Shown here: positions 1 to 7,285 of the stretch, one piece after another
How positions within the stretch are numbered: the first letter of the stretch is position 1
How the letters are laid out: the number at the start of each line of letters is the position of its first letter
Origin: Deltaproteobacteria bacterium
GTDB lineage: Bacteria; Desulfobacterota; Desulfomonilia; UBA1062
DNA: 52,652 nucleotides
Reading direction: 5' to 3'
Assembly: GCA_011372875.1 (NCBI GenBank)
Contig: DSAD01000216.1
Span: 1 to 52,652 of the forward strand
The notes under the pieces: generated by a model
Told to the model about the DNA's origin: nothing
Database searches by the model: none
The model's input: the letters and a program-made list of their open reading frames with translations, nothing else
Made by a program: the position numbers and the translations under genes

Positions 1-1760
1 AGATTACAGGATACACCGCTGAAGAGATGATCTCGAAGAAGATCTCCATGGACGAATTCATGGGTAAGGGTGAACGAAAAAGGATCATTTCCATCCTTAA
101 CAGGGGGTCTGCGGAAAAACCCTACAGGCTCGTGGCGGAAGAAACCTCCCTCTATATCAAGGATGGTACCCTGATACCCATCTCGTTGTCTGCCTCCTAT
201 GTGTATCATGGCGGGGAGCCGATTGCAGGCATCAGCATCTTTCGCGACCTTAGACCCATAAAACACGTCGAAGACAGTCTCAGGGCTTCTGAGCAGAAGT
301 ACCGTATCCTGGTGGAAAATGCCAATGATGGGATCTTTGTCTATCAGGACCAGTGTTTTAAATACACCAACCCGAAATTCAGGGAGTTGCTGGGGTATAC
401 CAAGGAAGAACTCGACCATATGGGATTCAGGGATATTGTCCGGCCCGAGCTTGGCGATCTTATAGAAGGCCGGTATGTAAAACGAATAAGCGGTGAAGCG
501 GTCCCGGAGCGATATGAGATTGCGCTGCTGGCAAAGGATGGCACATGGAGGGCCTTTGAGATCAATCCTTCAATCATTGAGTATGAATCAAGGGTTGCCA
601 CACAGAACATAATCCGGGACATTACTCAGAAGAGGAAGGCCCAGAAGGCCCTTCGAGCCTCGGAGGCTAAATACCGGGCTACTGTAGAACATACTGGTAC
701 AGCCATCATGCTGCTGGAAGAGAACCGTACTATCTCACTGGTTAACAAACAGATGGAGAGACTGAGCGGATACAAGAGGGAGGAGATAGAAGGCAGGATA
801 CCTTTTACCCAGCTTGTACATCCTGAAGATCGTGAGCTTATGGCGGGATATCACAGGGCCAGACGTGAAGGCAGAAGGGATATTCCGTCTGAATACGAAT
901 TCCGGTTTATCGATAAACAGGGAAATATCAGGGATTCTTTCATCACCATAGGTATGATACCCGGTACAAGGCAGAGTATTGTCTCCATCATGGATATCAC
1001 CGACATCAAGCATATGGAGCAGGAGCTGGAAAAGGCAAGAAAGATGGCTTTGCTGGGTGAGATGTCAGCTCATGTGGCTCATGAGGTGAGAAACCCCCTT
1101 CAGAAGATCAAGACAGGGGTCGAACTGCTTTTTCATTCCATGGATCTGGACGAAAGACAGAAGAAACTCTTCAATGGTGTCGCCAGCGGCGTCGATAACC
1201 TCGAAAAGTTTGTCACCCAGATCCTGGAATGGACCAGGTCAGGAAAGATAAGGCTCAAGCCCTTCAGCATAAGTAATATTATCAAAGGGTTGATATTCAA
1301 TCGCGATGAGCAGTTTACCCGGCAGGGCATAGAGGTAAACACAGCATTTGACACCCAGAACGATACCATTATCGTGGATGGTATTCAATTCAGGCAGCTT
1401 CTCGAGAATCTCATCGACAATGCCCTCGAAGCAATGCCGGGCGGCGGAACCCTGAACATTGCCACCTCCTGTATCCCTGAATATACCTTTGAGGGCCCCA
1501 GGCAGGACATTACGACCAGGGCCCTTGAAATCCGTATTGAAGATACCGGCTGCGGGATAAGTGAAGAGGACCTTCCACATATCTTTCAGCCGTTCTTCAC
1601 GAAGAAGACACAGGGAACAGGGCTAGGCCTGGCGCTGGTACAGAAGGTCGTCAGTGTTCACAAAGGCGAGATAGATGTGAAGAATCTCGAAAACGCAGGT
1701 GTGAGATTCACTATCAGGCTTCCCATGGATCAGACGTTTTCAGATGATGAGGTCATATAA
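1..1760 (+). CDS. Multi-PAS sensor histidine kinase, 5' end outside the window
   Basis: The frame is open from nt 3 and reads ITGYTAEEMISKK, a typical PAS-core string, so the gene continues upstream of the ATG at 27. It has an H-box HEVRNPL, N-box DNALEAM, G1 DTGCGI and G2 GTGLGL. Several PAS-like repeats are flanked by the coiled-coil string LRASE.KYR. Confidence 0.85.
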   Translation, partial: ITGYTAEEMISKKISMDEFMGKGERKRIISILNRGSAEKPYRLVAEETSLYIKDGTLIPISLSASYVYHGGEPIAGISIFRDLRPIKHVEDSLRASEQKYRILVENANDGIFVYQDQCFKYTNPKFRELLGYTKEELDHMGFRDIVRPELGDLIEGRYVKRISGEAVPERYEIALLAKDGTWRAFEINPSIIEYESRVATQNIIRDITQKRKAQKALRASEAKYRATVEHTGTAIMLLEENRTISLVNKQMERLSGYKREEIEGRIPFTQLVHPEDRELMAGYHRARREGRRDIPSEYEFRFIDKQGNIRDSFITIGMIPGTRQSIVSIMDITDIKHMEQELEKARKMALLGEMSAHVAHEVRNPLQKIKTGVELLFHSMDLDERQKKLFNGVASGVDNLEKFVTQILEWTRSGKIRLKPFSISNIIKGLIFNRDEQFTRQGIEVNTAFDTQNDTIIVDGIQFRQLLENLIDNALEAMPGGGTLNIATSCIPEYTFEGPRQDITTRALEIRIEDTGCGISEEDLPHIFQPFFTKKTQGTGLGLALVQKVVSVHKGEIDVKNLENAGVRFTIRLPMDQTFSDDEVI

Positions 1761-1769
1761 GAACACGAT

Positions 1770-3239
1770 ATGATTCAGTCAGTTGATTCAGACACGGAGC
1801 AGTATGTGGAAACGAAAAAAAGAATACTCATAGTAGATGATGAACAGGTGTTTCTGGAACAGCTGAAAGACGCATTGGAGCATTCAAGCCTGGATCTGCT
1901 GATAGAGACGGCCCGTGACGGTATCGAGGCTCTCGATAAGCTTCAGGTAACGTATCATGACATTGTGATTACCGATCTGAAGATGCCGAAGATGGACGGG
2001 TATGAACTCTTAAGAGAGATTCAGAAGAGATATCCTTCCATATATGTGGTGGTGATCACTGCATTCGGGACCGTGTCCGGGGCAGTCGAGGCGATGCGAT
2101 ACGGTGCGTCTGATTTTCTTGAGAAGCCGTTTAACATGGACACACTGGAGTTGTCGCTCACAAAGATTATCCGGCAGCAGGAGATCCTCAAGGAGAATAT
2201 TGAATTAAAGGGTCAGGTCAGGCAATACGCCGAAGGGCTCGACCAGATGGTTGGGTCGAATCCAAATATGCAGAAACTATATGAACAGATCATAACAGCT
2301 GCCGATACCGATCTTACCGTGCTTATTCTCGGGGAGACAGGGACCGGCAAAGAACTGGTTGCCAGGTCTGTTCATTCCAGAAGTGATCGGCGTTCAAAGC
2401 CTTTTGTGATCATAAACTGTGCTGCTGTCCCGGAAAATCTTCTCGAGTCCGAGTTTTTCGGCCATGAAAAGGGCGCTTTCAGCGGTGCGATCAGTCAGAG
2501 GATAGGAAAGTTCGAAAAGGCTCATACAGGGACATTGTTCCTGGATGAGATTGGTGATATCCCCCTGGAGCTTCAGGCAAAGATCCTGCGTGTCATTGAA
2601 GACGGCAGGATAACACGCCTGGGCAGCAACAGGGAGATCGAGCTGGATTTCAGGGTGATCTGTGCCACAAACCGCCCTATCGGCGACATGATCAAAAAAG
2701 AGCTGTTCCGGGAGGATCTCTACTACCGGATCAGTGTCCTGCCGATTATCATTCCTCCTCTGAGGGAGAGGAAGGACGATATATCTCTGCTGGTGAGCCA
2801 TTTTATCGCCAAGTATGCAAAAAAACTGGGCTCCAATGTCAAAGGCGTGTCACAGCGTGCCATGCAGCAGCTCCTGGCATATTCCTGGCCGGGAAATGTC
2901 CGGGAGATCGAAAATCTCATTCAGCGGTCCATGGTTTCCACCAGGCTGGATGTTATAGAGTGTTTCCCGGACTTCGGGGGTGTCGAAGGGGAGGCCGAGA
3001 ACGCTCCTGTCGGCATCATGAACGAGGAATCAACCATCTGGGTGGATGTGGGGGAAGGTGCTAAATACCACACCATCAAACAATCCATGATCGAGCAGTT
3101 CGAAAGACAGTATTTCTCGCATCTGCTGAAGAAAAACAATGGCGTCATTGCCGAGGCCGCACGAGAATCAGGGCTGAATTACAAGACCTTTTATCTGAAG
3201 GTGGAAAAATACAATCTTTCAAAAAAGAGATCCCGTTAG
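1770..3239 (+). CDS. Sigma54-dependent response regulator (NtrC family)
   Basis: It has a receiver domain (IVDDE, ITDLKMP, KPF) and an AAA+ domain with Walker A GETGTGKE. The sigma54-contact loop reads GAFSGA and Walker B reads LFLDEIG. A C-terminal Fis-type HTH is present. The gene starts 10 nt after the kinase stop. Confidence 0.9.
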   Translation: MIQSVDSDTEQYVETKKRILIVDDEQVFLEQLKDALEHSSLDLLIETARDGIEALDKLQVTYHDIVITDLKMPKMDGYELLREIQKRYPSIYVVVITAFGTVSGAVEAMRYGASDFLEKPFNMDTLELSLTKIIRQQEILKENIELKGQVRQYAEGLDQMVGSNPNMQKLYEQIITAADTDLTVLILGETGTGKELVARSVHSRSDRRSKPFVIINCAAVPENLLESEFFGHEKGAFSGAISQRIGKFEKAHTGTLFLDEIGDIPLELQAKILRVIEDGRITRLGSNREIELDFRVICATNRPIGDMIKKELFREDLYYRISVLPIIIPPLRERKDDISLLVSHFIAKYAKKLGSNVKGVSQRAMQQLLAYSWPGNVREIENLIQRSMVSTRLDVIECFPDFGGVEGEAENAPVGIMNEESTIWVDVGEGAKYHTIKQSMIEQFERQYFSHLLKKNNGVIAEAARESGLNYKTFYLKVEKYNLSKKRSR

Positions 3240-3280
3240 ATACTGCCTCGGCAAGGCTTGATATCTGATTGTTGACATTC

Positions 3281-3388
3281 AACCCGCATTTTGCGTGAGA
3301 GATGAAATGATCCTGTGGGAGCGGCTTTATGCCGCGATCGCTATGCAACCGTGAAAAATAATATCGCGGCATAAGGCCGCTCCCACGG
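3281..3388. repeat. REP-like palindromic intergenic element, copy A
   Basis: The left arm tgtgggagcggctttatgccgcgat (3314-3338) is nearly the reverse complement of the right arm atcgcggcataaggccgctcccac (3363-3386). The left arm carries a conserved extension, aacccgcattttgcgtgagaga, from 3281. Each arm contains a GCGGC/GCCGC mini-hairpin. Confidence 0.8.
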
Positions 3389-3494
3389 AATAAGGCCATA
3401 AGCCGATGATATAAACTATACGTTTATTCAACATCCAAGATGTGGGTTTACAGAGACGACCCATATCGGCAGTAAACCGATGGAGGTATAAGAT

Positions 3495-4178
3495 ATGGAG
3501 ATGAAAGATATACGTTACGAGCCGGTGGTAGACATTGGAAAAGATGATGCACTCCTTGTCGTTGATATACAGAATGATTTCATGCCGGCAGGTGCCCTGC
3601 CTGTTGCACAAGGTGATATGATCGTTCGCGGGATCAATGCCGTGATGAAGCTCTTCAACAGGTGCGGCGCATCAGTGGTCCTTACCCAGGACTGGCATCC
3701 GCAGGGTCATCACTCCTTTGCATCAGCGCATGAGGGGAAGGCCCCGTATGATCCGTATGACGCTCCTGGCCTGGGCCCGGTTCTCTGGCCGGATCATTGT
3801 GTTCAGGGCACCCATGGTGCGGATTTTCATCCGGAACTGGATACGGATATGGCACATGCAGCCATACGAAAAGGGTATCATCTGCTCATCGACAGTTATT
3901 CCGGCTTTTTTGAAAACGACATGAAGACCCAGACCGGGCTTGAAGGGTATCTGCGTACAAGGGGTGTGCGCAGGGTGTTCGTATGCGGTCTTGCGCTGGA
4001 TTATTGCGTATATTATACCGCATCTGATGCCATGAAAACAGGGTTTGAGGTCTATATTGTCATGGATCTCACCAGGGCGGCAGGCTCGCCCGGAGACAGT
4101 ATCTCAACGGCCATCGAGACGCTTGCCTCTGCAGGAGTCAGGTTTGTCAATTCCCCGGAAGTCAGGCATGGAGGTTGA
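3495..4178 (+). CDS. pncA: Nicotinamidase/pyrazinamidase (isochorismatase family)
   Basis: Motifs seen are LVVDIQNDF (catalytic Asp), the metal site QDWHPQGHHSF, and the catalytic Cys in GLALDYCV. An SD-like tggaggt lies 7 nt upstream of the ATG. Confidence 0.8.
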   Translation: MEMKDIRYEPVVDIGKDDALLVVDIQNDFMPAGALPVAQGDMIVRGINAVMKLFNRCGASVVLTQDWHPQGHHSFASAHEGKAPYDPYDAPGLGPVLWPDHCVQGTHGADFHPELDTDMAHAAIRKGYHLLIDSYSGFFENDMKTQTGLEGYLRTRGVRRVFVCGLALDYCVYYTASDAMKTGFEVYIVMDLTRAAGSPGDSISTAIETLASAGVRFVNSPEVRHGG

Positions 4179-4198
4179 ACCCGTAACCTGGTGATTGC

Positions 4199-4302
4199 CC
4201 AGTTCGTCTATCCCTGACGAATTGTGACTCAGGCCATCCCTGGCCTTCGCCCTGTCGGGCGCAGCTTCGTGCGTCCAGTTCGTCTATCCCTGACGAATTG
4301 TG
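4199..4302. repeat. Perfect 28-bp direct repeat (two copies) with a 48-bp spacer
   Basis: ccagttcgtctatccctgacgaattgtg occurs at 4199-4226 and again at 4275-4302. Each copy is itself an imperfect hairpin (cagttcgtc / gacgaattg). The spacer holds the hairpin aggcca-tccc-tggcct (4232-4247). Copy 2 runs directly into REP copy B. Confidence 0.85.
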
Positions 4303-4407
4303 GGAGCGGCTTTCAGCCGCGATAAAGCTTTTTGTCTTCTGCCCCGGAATCGCGGCTAAAAGGGGCTCTCACAGGGTTTATTCCTTCTTTGATGCGCAAT
4401 ATGGGTT
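4300..4407. repeat. REP-like palindromic intergenic element, copy B
   Basis: The left core is tgtgggagcggctttcagccgcgat (4300-4323). The degenerate right core is atcgcggctaaaaggggctctcaca (4349-4373), followed by the extension gggtttattccttctttgatgcgcaatatgggtt ending at 4407. That is 1 nt before the cheA stop codon. Confidence 0.8.
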
Positions 4408-4408
4408 G

Positions 4409-6514
4409 CTATGCAATCCGGCAATCCTCATCTTCTGCATGCACGATAAGCCTGGTTATGTCGAGGATAAGGGCCACGGTACCGTCACCCATAATGGTTG
4501 CACCGGAGACGCCGTCAATATTCTTGAATAATTTACCGAGATTTTTGATTACCGTCTGATATTCTCCGATGACCTTGTCCACGACAAAGCCTATCCTGCG
4601 TTCATTGATCTGTGTTATTACTATCTGCTCAATTGCAGGCTTTGGGCTGCCAAGGGAGAATACCTCCCGCAGGTAGATATAGGGGACCAGATCATCGCGT
4701 ACCTTGGTGACATGGCGGCCGTGGGCGCGTTTCCTCTCCTTTTTTGTGAGTTCCACGCACTCGACGACCGAGCCCAGTGGGATCACATAGAGATCATCCC
4801 CGAGCGTAACAAGCAGACCGTCAATGATAGCCAGGGTCAGCGGGAGCTTGAGAGTAATGGTTGTGCCGTTTCCTCTGACGCTGCGGATCTCCACTGAGCC
4901 GCCGAAGGATTCGATGCTGCTGGTGACCACATCCATGCCTACCCCCCTGCCCGAAACGCTTGATACGTTCTTGGCTGTTGAAAACCCTGGTGCAAGGATA
5001 AATTCATGGATCTCTTTGTCAGTAAGTGATGCATCCGGGCTTGCAAGGCCTTTTTCAACGGCCTTTTTGAAGATGGCATCGGTGTCGAGGCCTGCCCCGT
5101 CATCATGAACCGATATAAGTACATTCGCTCCGGAATGTTCCGCCCTGAGTTCTATGGTGCCCTGGGGTGGCTTCCCTGCAGCCTTGCGTTTCTGCGGAAG
5201 TTCGATGCCGTGGTCGATGCTGTTGCGGATGATGTGTACGAGGGGGTCGCCCAACTTTTCTATTACTGTCTTGTCCAGCTCGGTTTCTTCCCCCTGGGTG
5301 ATGAAATCAACCTCTTTGCCCAGTTCAGTCGAAAGATCGCGCACCATGCGCTTGAATTTGGCAAAGGTGGTGCCGATCGGCAGCATCCTGATCCCCATGG
5401 CATTGTCCCGCAGTTCCGCTGTAAGCCGTTCCACCTCTTCGGAAACGAGTATGAGATCGGGATCGTTTTTCTGGTGGGCGATCTGTGTGAGTCTCGCCTG
5501 CATGGTAACCATTTCACCGACAAGGTTCACCATGGCGTCGAGTTTGTGTGAAGGCACCCTGATGTTTGTTGTGGTGTCTTGAACCATACGTTTTTTCCGC
5601 AGATTCCGGACATGCTCCTGTTCGGCGAGTGCGGATTGTACCACGGAGCGGTTTACCTTGCCGGATTCGATGAGTATCTCGCCGAAACGTTTCTGTCTGT
5701 TCAGCATCAGCTCCAGGTCGTTGAGCTTGATATCGCCGCGCTCAAAGAGTATCTCGCCGATACGTTTGTAGTCGTCCTGATCGATTTCGCTGCCTTCATC
5801 GATCTTGGTGATATCGATGTCGCTCAAGTCCTCGACAAAGATGAACACATCCCTGATGGCGTTGACATCGTGGTTTGTTGTAAGGATAATGTCCCAGTTC
5901 GCATAGCATGCCTCGGGGTCCATGTCCGTCAGTTCAGGCAGATTGTTCAGGTGACAGATTACATGGGCATCACCCAGATACTTCAGTTCGTTCAACAAAG
6001 GGATCGGGTTGGTGCCGTTGGCAAAGATATCCGTATGCGGTCTGAACCGGATACGATAAGTGATCTGTGCCGTATTGTCCTGAATCTCCTTTTTCAGGTC
6101 ATCAGCTGGAGCAGGAACCATAGCAGGGTTTTCGTCCTCTGCCGGGATCATCGCCTTGAAGGCATCGGTTATCTCTTGAGCTTTCGATGTATCGGCAGAT
6201 TCACCCCCTTGGGGTTCCTCCACCATGGCCTTGATCTGGTCGCAGGATGCGAGGGTGAGACTGATGAGCTCGGGTGTTACACCGAGAATACCCTCGCGGA
6301 TCAGGTCATAGACGGTCTCTATCGTATGGGTAAACGCCGCGATATCTTCAAAGCCGAACATTGCGCCCGAGCCTTTGATGGTGTGCATGGCACGGAAAAC
6401 CCTGTCGATGAGATCCCGTTCATCAGGGGTCTGTTCGAGTTCGATCAGGGCATCTTCGAGATCGCCAAGCAGTTCGTGTACCTCTTCCCGATAAGCCTGT
6501 CTGTTTTCATCCAT
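4409..6514 (-). CDS. cheA: CheA-type histidine kinase
   Basis: It has an N-terminal Hpt with HTIKGSGAMFG, a dimerisation region, and HATPase boxes (HIIRNSIDHG, DDGAGLD, GRGVGMDVV). The C-terminus is a CheW-like P5 domain. An internal tandem RxGEIL...Q motif pair is described in the findings. Confidence 0.9.
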   Translation of the reverse strand: MDENRQAYREEVHELLGDLEDALIELEQTPDERDLIDRVFRAMHTIKGSGAMFGFEDIAAFTHTIETVYDLIREGILGVTPELISLTLASCDQIKAMVEEPQGGESADTSKAQEITDAFKAMIPAEDENPAMVPAPADDLKKEIQDNTAQITYRIRFRPHTDIFANGTNPIPLLNELKYLGDAHVICHLNNLPELTDMDPEACYANWDIILTTNHDVNAIRDVFIFVEDLSDIDITKIDEGSEIDQDDYKRIGEILFERGDIKLNDLELMLNRQKRFGEILIESGKVNRSVVQSALAEQEHVRNLRKKRMVQDTTTNIRVPSHKLDAMVNLVGEMVTMQARLTQIAHQKNDPDLILVSEEVERLTAELRDNAMGIRMLPIGTTFAKFKRMVRDLSTELGKEVDFITQGEETELDKTVIEKLGDPLVHIIRNSIDHGIELPQKRKAAGKPPQGTIELRAEHSGANVLISVHDDGAGLDTDAIFKKAVEKGLASPDASLTDKEIHEFILAPGFSTAKNVSSVSGRGVGMDVVTSSIESFGGSVEIRSVRGNGTTITLKLPLTLAIIDGLLVTLGDDLYVIPLGSVVECVELTKKERKRAHGRHVTKVRDDLVPYIYLREVFSLGSPKPAIEQIVITQINERRIGFVVDKVIGEYQTVIKNLGKLFKNIDGVSGATIMGDGTVALILDITRLIVHAEDEDCRIA

Positions 6515-6536
6515 AGATTACCTCCTTCTCCCGATG

Positions 6537-6902
6537 CTATCCGAGCAGTCTTTTCACCACGGATATGAGTTGCTCGGGTTTGAAGGGTTTTACGATCCAT
6601 CCTGTCGCACCTGCCTGTTTCCCTGCCTCTTTCTTATCCGTATGAGATTCTGTCGTGAGCATGACGATCGGCGTGAATCGATATGAAGATATGGCCCTCA
6701 ATGCCTTGATCAGCCCTATACCGTCTAGGTTCGGCATGTTAAGGTCTGTCAGCACCAGATCAACGCAGACCCCCTGAATCTTTGCAAGGGCATCTTTGCC
6801 GTCTACTGCCTCTATTACTTCATAGCCCTCTTTTTTCAGGGTAAACGAAACCAGTTGTCTGATGCTTGCGGAATCGTCCACGCTCAAGATGTTTCTAGCC
6901 AT
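6537..6902 (-). CDS. cheY: CheY-like single-domain response regulator
   Basis: Canonical residues are present: VDD, TDLNMP (phospho-Asp), LTT and KPF. I place the start at MARNIL (ATG at 6902) because AAGGAGG lies 5 nt upstream. The ORF-track start at 6935 lacks an SD. Confidence 0.9.
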   Translation of the reverse strand: MARNILSVDDSASIRQLVSFTLKKEGYEVIEAVDGKDALAKIQGVCVDLVLTDLNMPNLDGIGLIKALRAISSYRFTPIVMLTTESHTDKKEAGKQAGATGWIVKPFKPEQLISVVKRLLG

Positions 6903-7245
6903 CACTGCCTCCTTTATCCCACAAGCAATGTCCATTATATGGCGAATCGCATGACTGTCGGTCTATGGATACATCGGCAATGGCTTTTTTGAAAGTATCG
7001 GAAAGCTCACCCAGGATGTCGATCTTCTTTTCGGCCTTTATAAAGGTCTTGTTGGCTGCGCACAATACCTGCAGGCAAGACAGATCGACGGCTGATGTAT
7101 CTCTAAGGTCGATGCTCAGATGATCGGTCGATGAAAAGGCTTCCATCAGGACATCCTTGAGTGAACATGCATGTTCTATGGTGAGACCGCCTTCGATATG
7201 CATGATCTTTCCCTTTTTTGAATCCTTGATCTCAAAATGTGCCAT
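6895..7245 (-). CDS. STAS-domain protein (anti-sigma-factor-antagonist fold)
   Basis: The layout is typical of STAS: IEGGLTIEHACSLKDVL ... IDLRDTSAVDLSCLQVL ... ILGELSDTFKKAI. The position of the phosphorylatable Ser (DSSG in SpoIIAA) reads DLSC. An AGGAG SD lies 7 nt upstream. The gene overlaps the cheY start by 8 nt. Confidence 0.65.
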   Translation of the reverse strand: MAHFEIKDSKKGKIMHIEGGLTIEHACSLKDVLMEAFSSTDHLSIDLRDTSAVDLSCLQVLCAANKTFIKAEKKIDILGELSDTFKKAIADVSIDRQSCDSPYNGHCLWDKGGSDG

Positions 7246-7285
7246 TGTACAACTCCTGGTTTTTTTATCAGTCCTTCATAAAGAT

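Noticed and set aside
3327-3611. ORFs lying on the repeats or between genes: 3327..3611 (-), 3145..3399 (-), 4298..4531 (+), 4332..4559 (+), 26337..26606 (+) and 25001..25192 (-).
   Set aside because: They are translations of REP palindromes, of the antisense of the cheA 3' end, or of the antisense of the tRNA-binding-domain remnant. They have no SD and no motifs.
4199-4302. Possible mini-CRISPR array, suggested by the 28-bp perfect direct repeats.
   Set aside because: There are only two copies, the spacer is 48 bp, no cas genes are in the window, and the repeat is fused to the REP family. I treat it as a REP-associated module, not a CRISPR array.
5579-6568. Long antisense ORFs opposite well-supported genes. 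They are 5579..6568 (+, 329 aa, opposite cheA), 18918..19643 (+, opposite copA), 20884..21735 (-, 283 aa, opposite the GntR gene), 22479..23480 (-, 333 aa, opposite the Mo enzyme), 38330..39043 (-, opposite mreB), 11173..11907 (-) and 9338..9961 (-).
   Set aside because: In each case the opposite strand carries unmistakable family motifs (Hpt/HATPase, CPC/DKTGT, a GntR HTH, the MopB Cys cluster, the MreB actin fold). The antisense translations are low-complexity, rich in Arg, Gly, Pro, His and Cys, with no motif and no SD. These are typical shadow ORFs.
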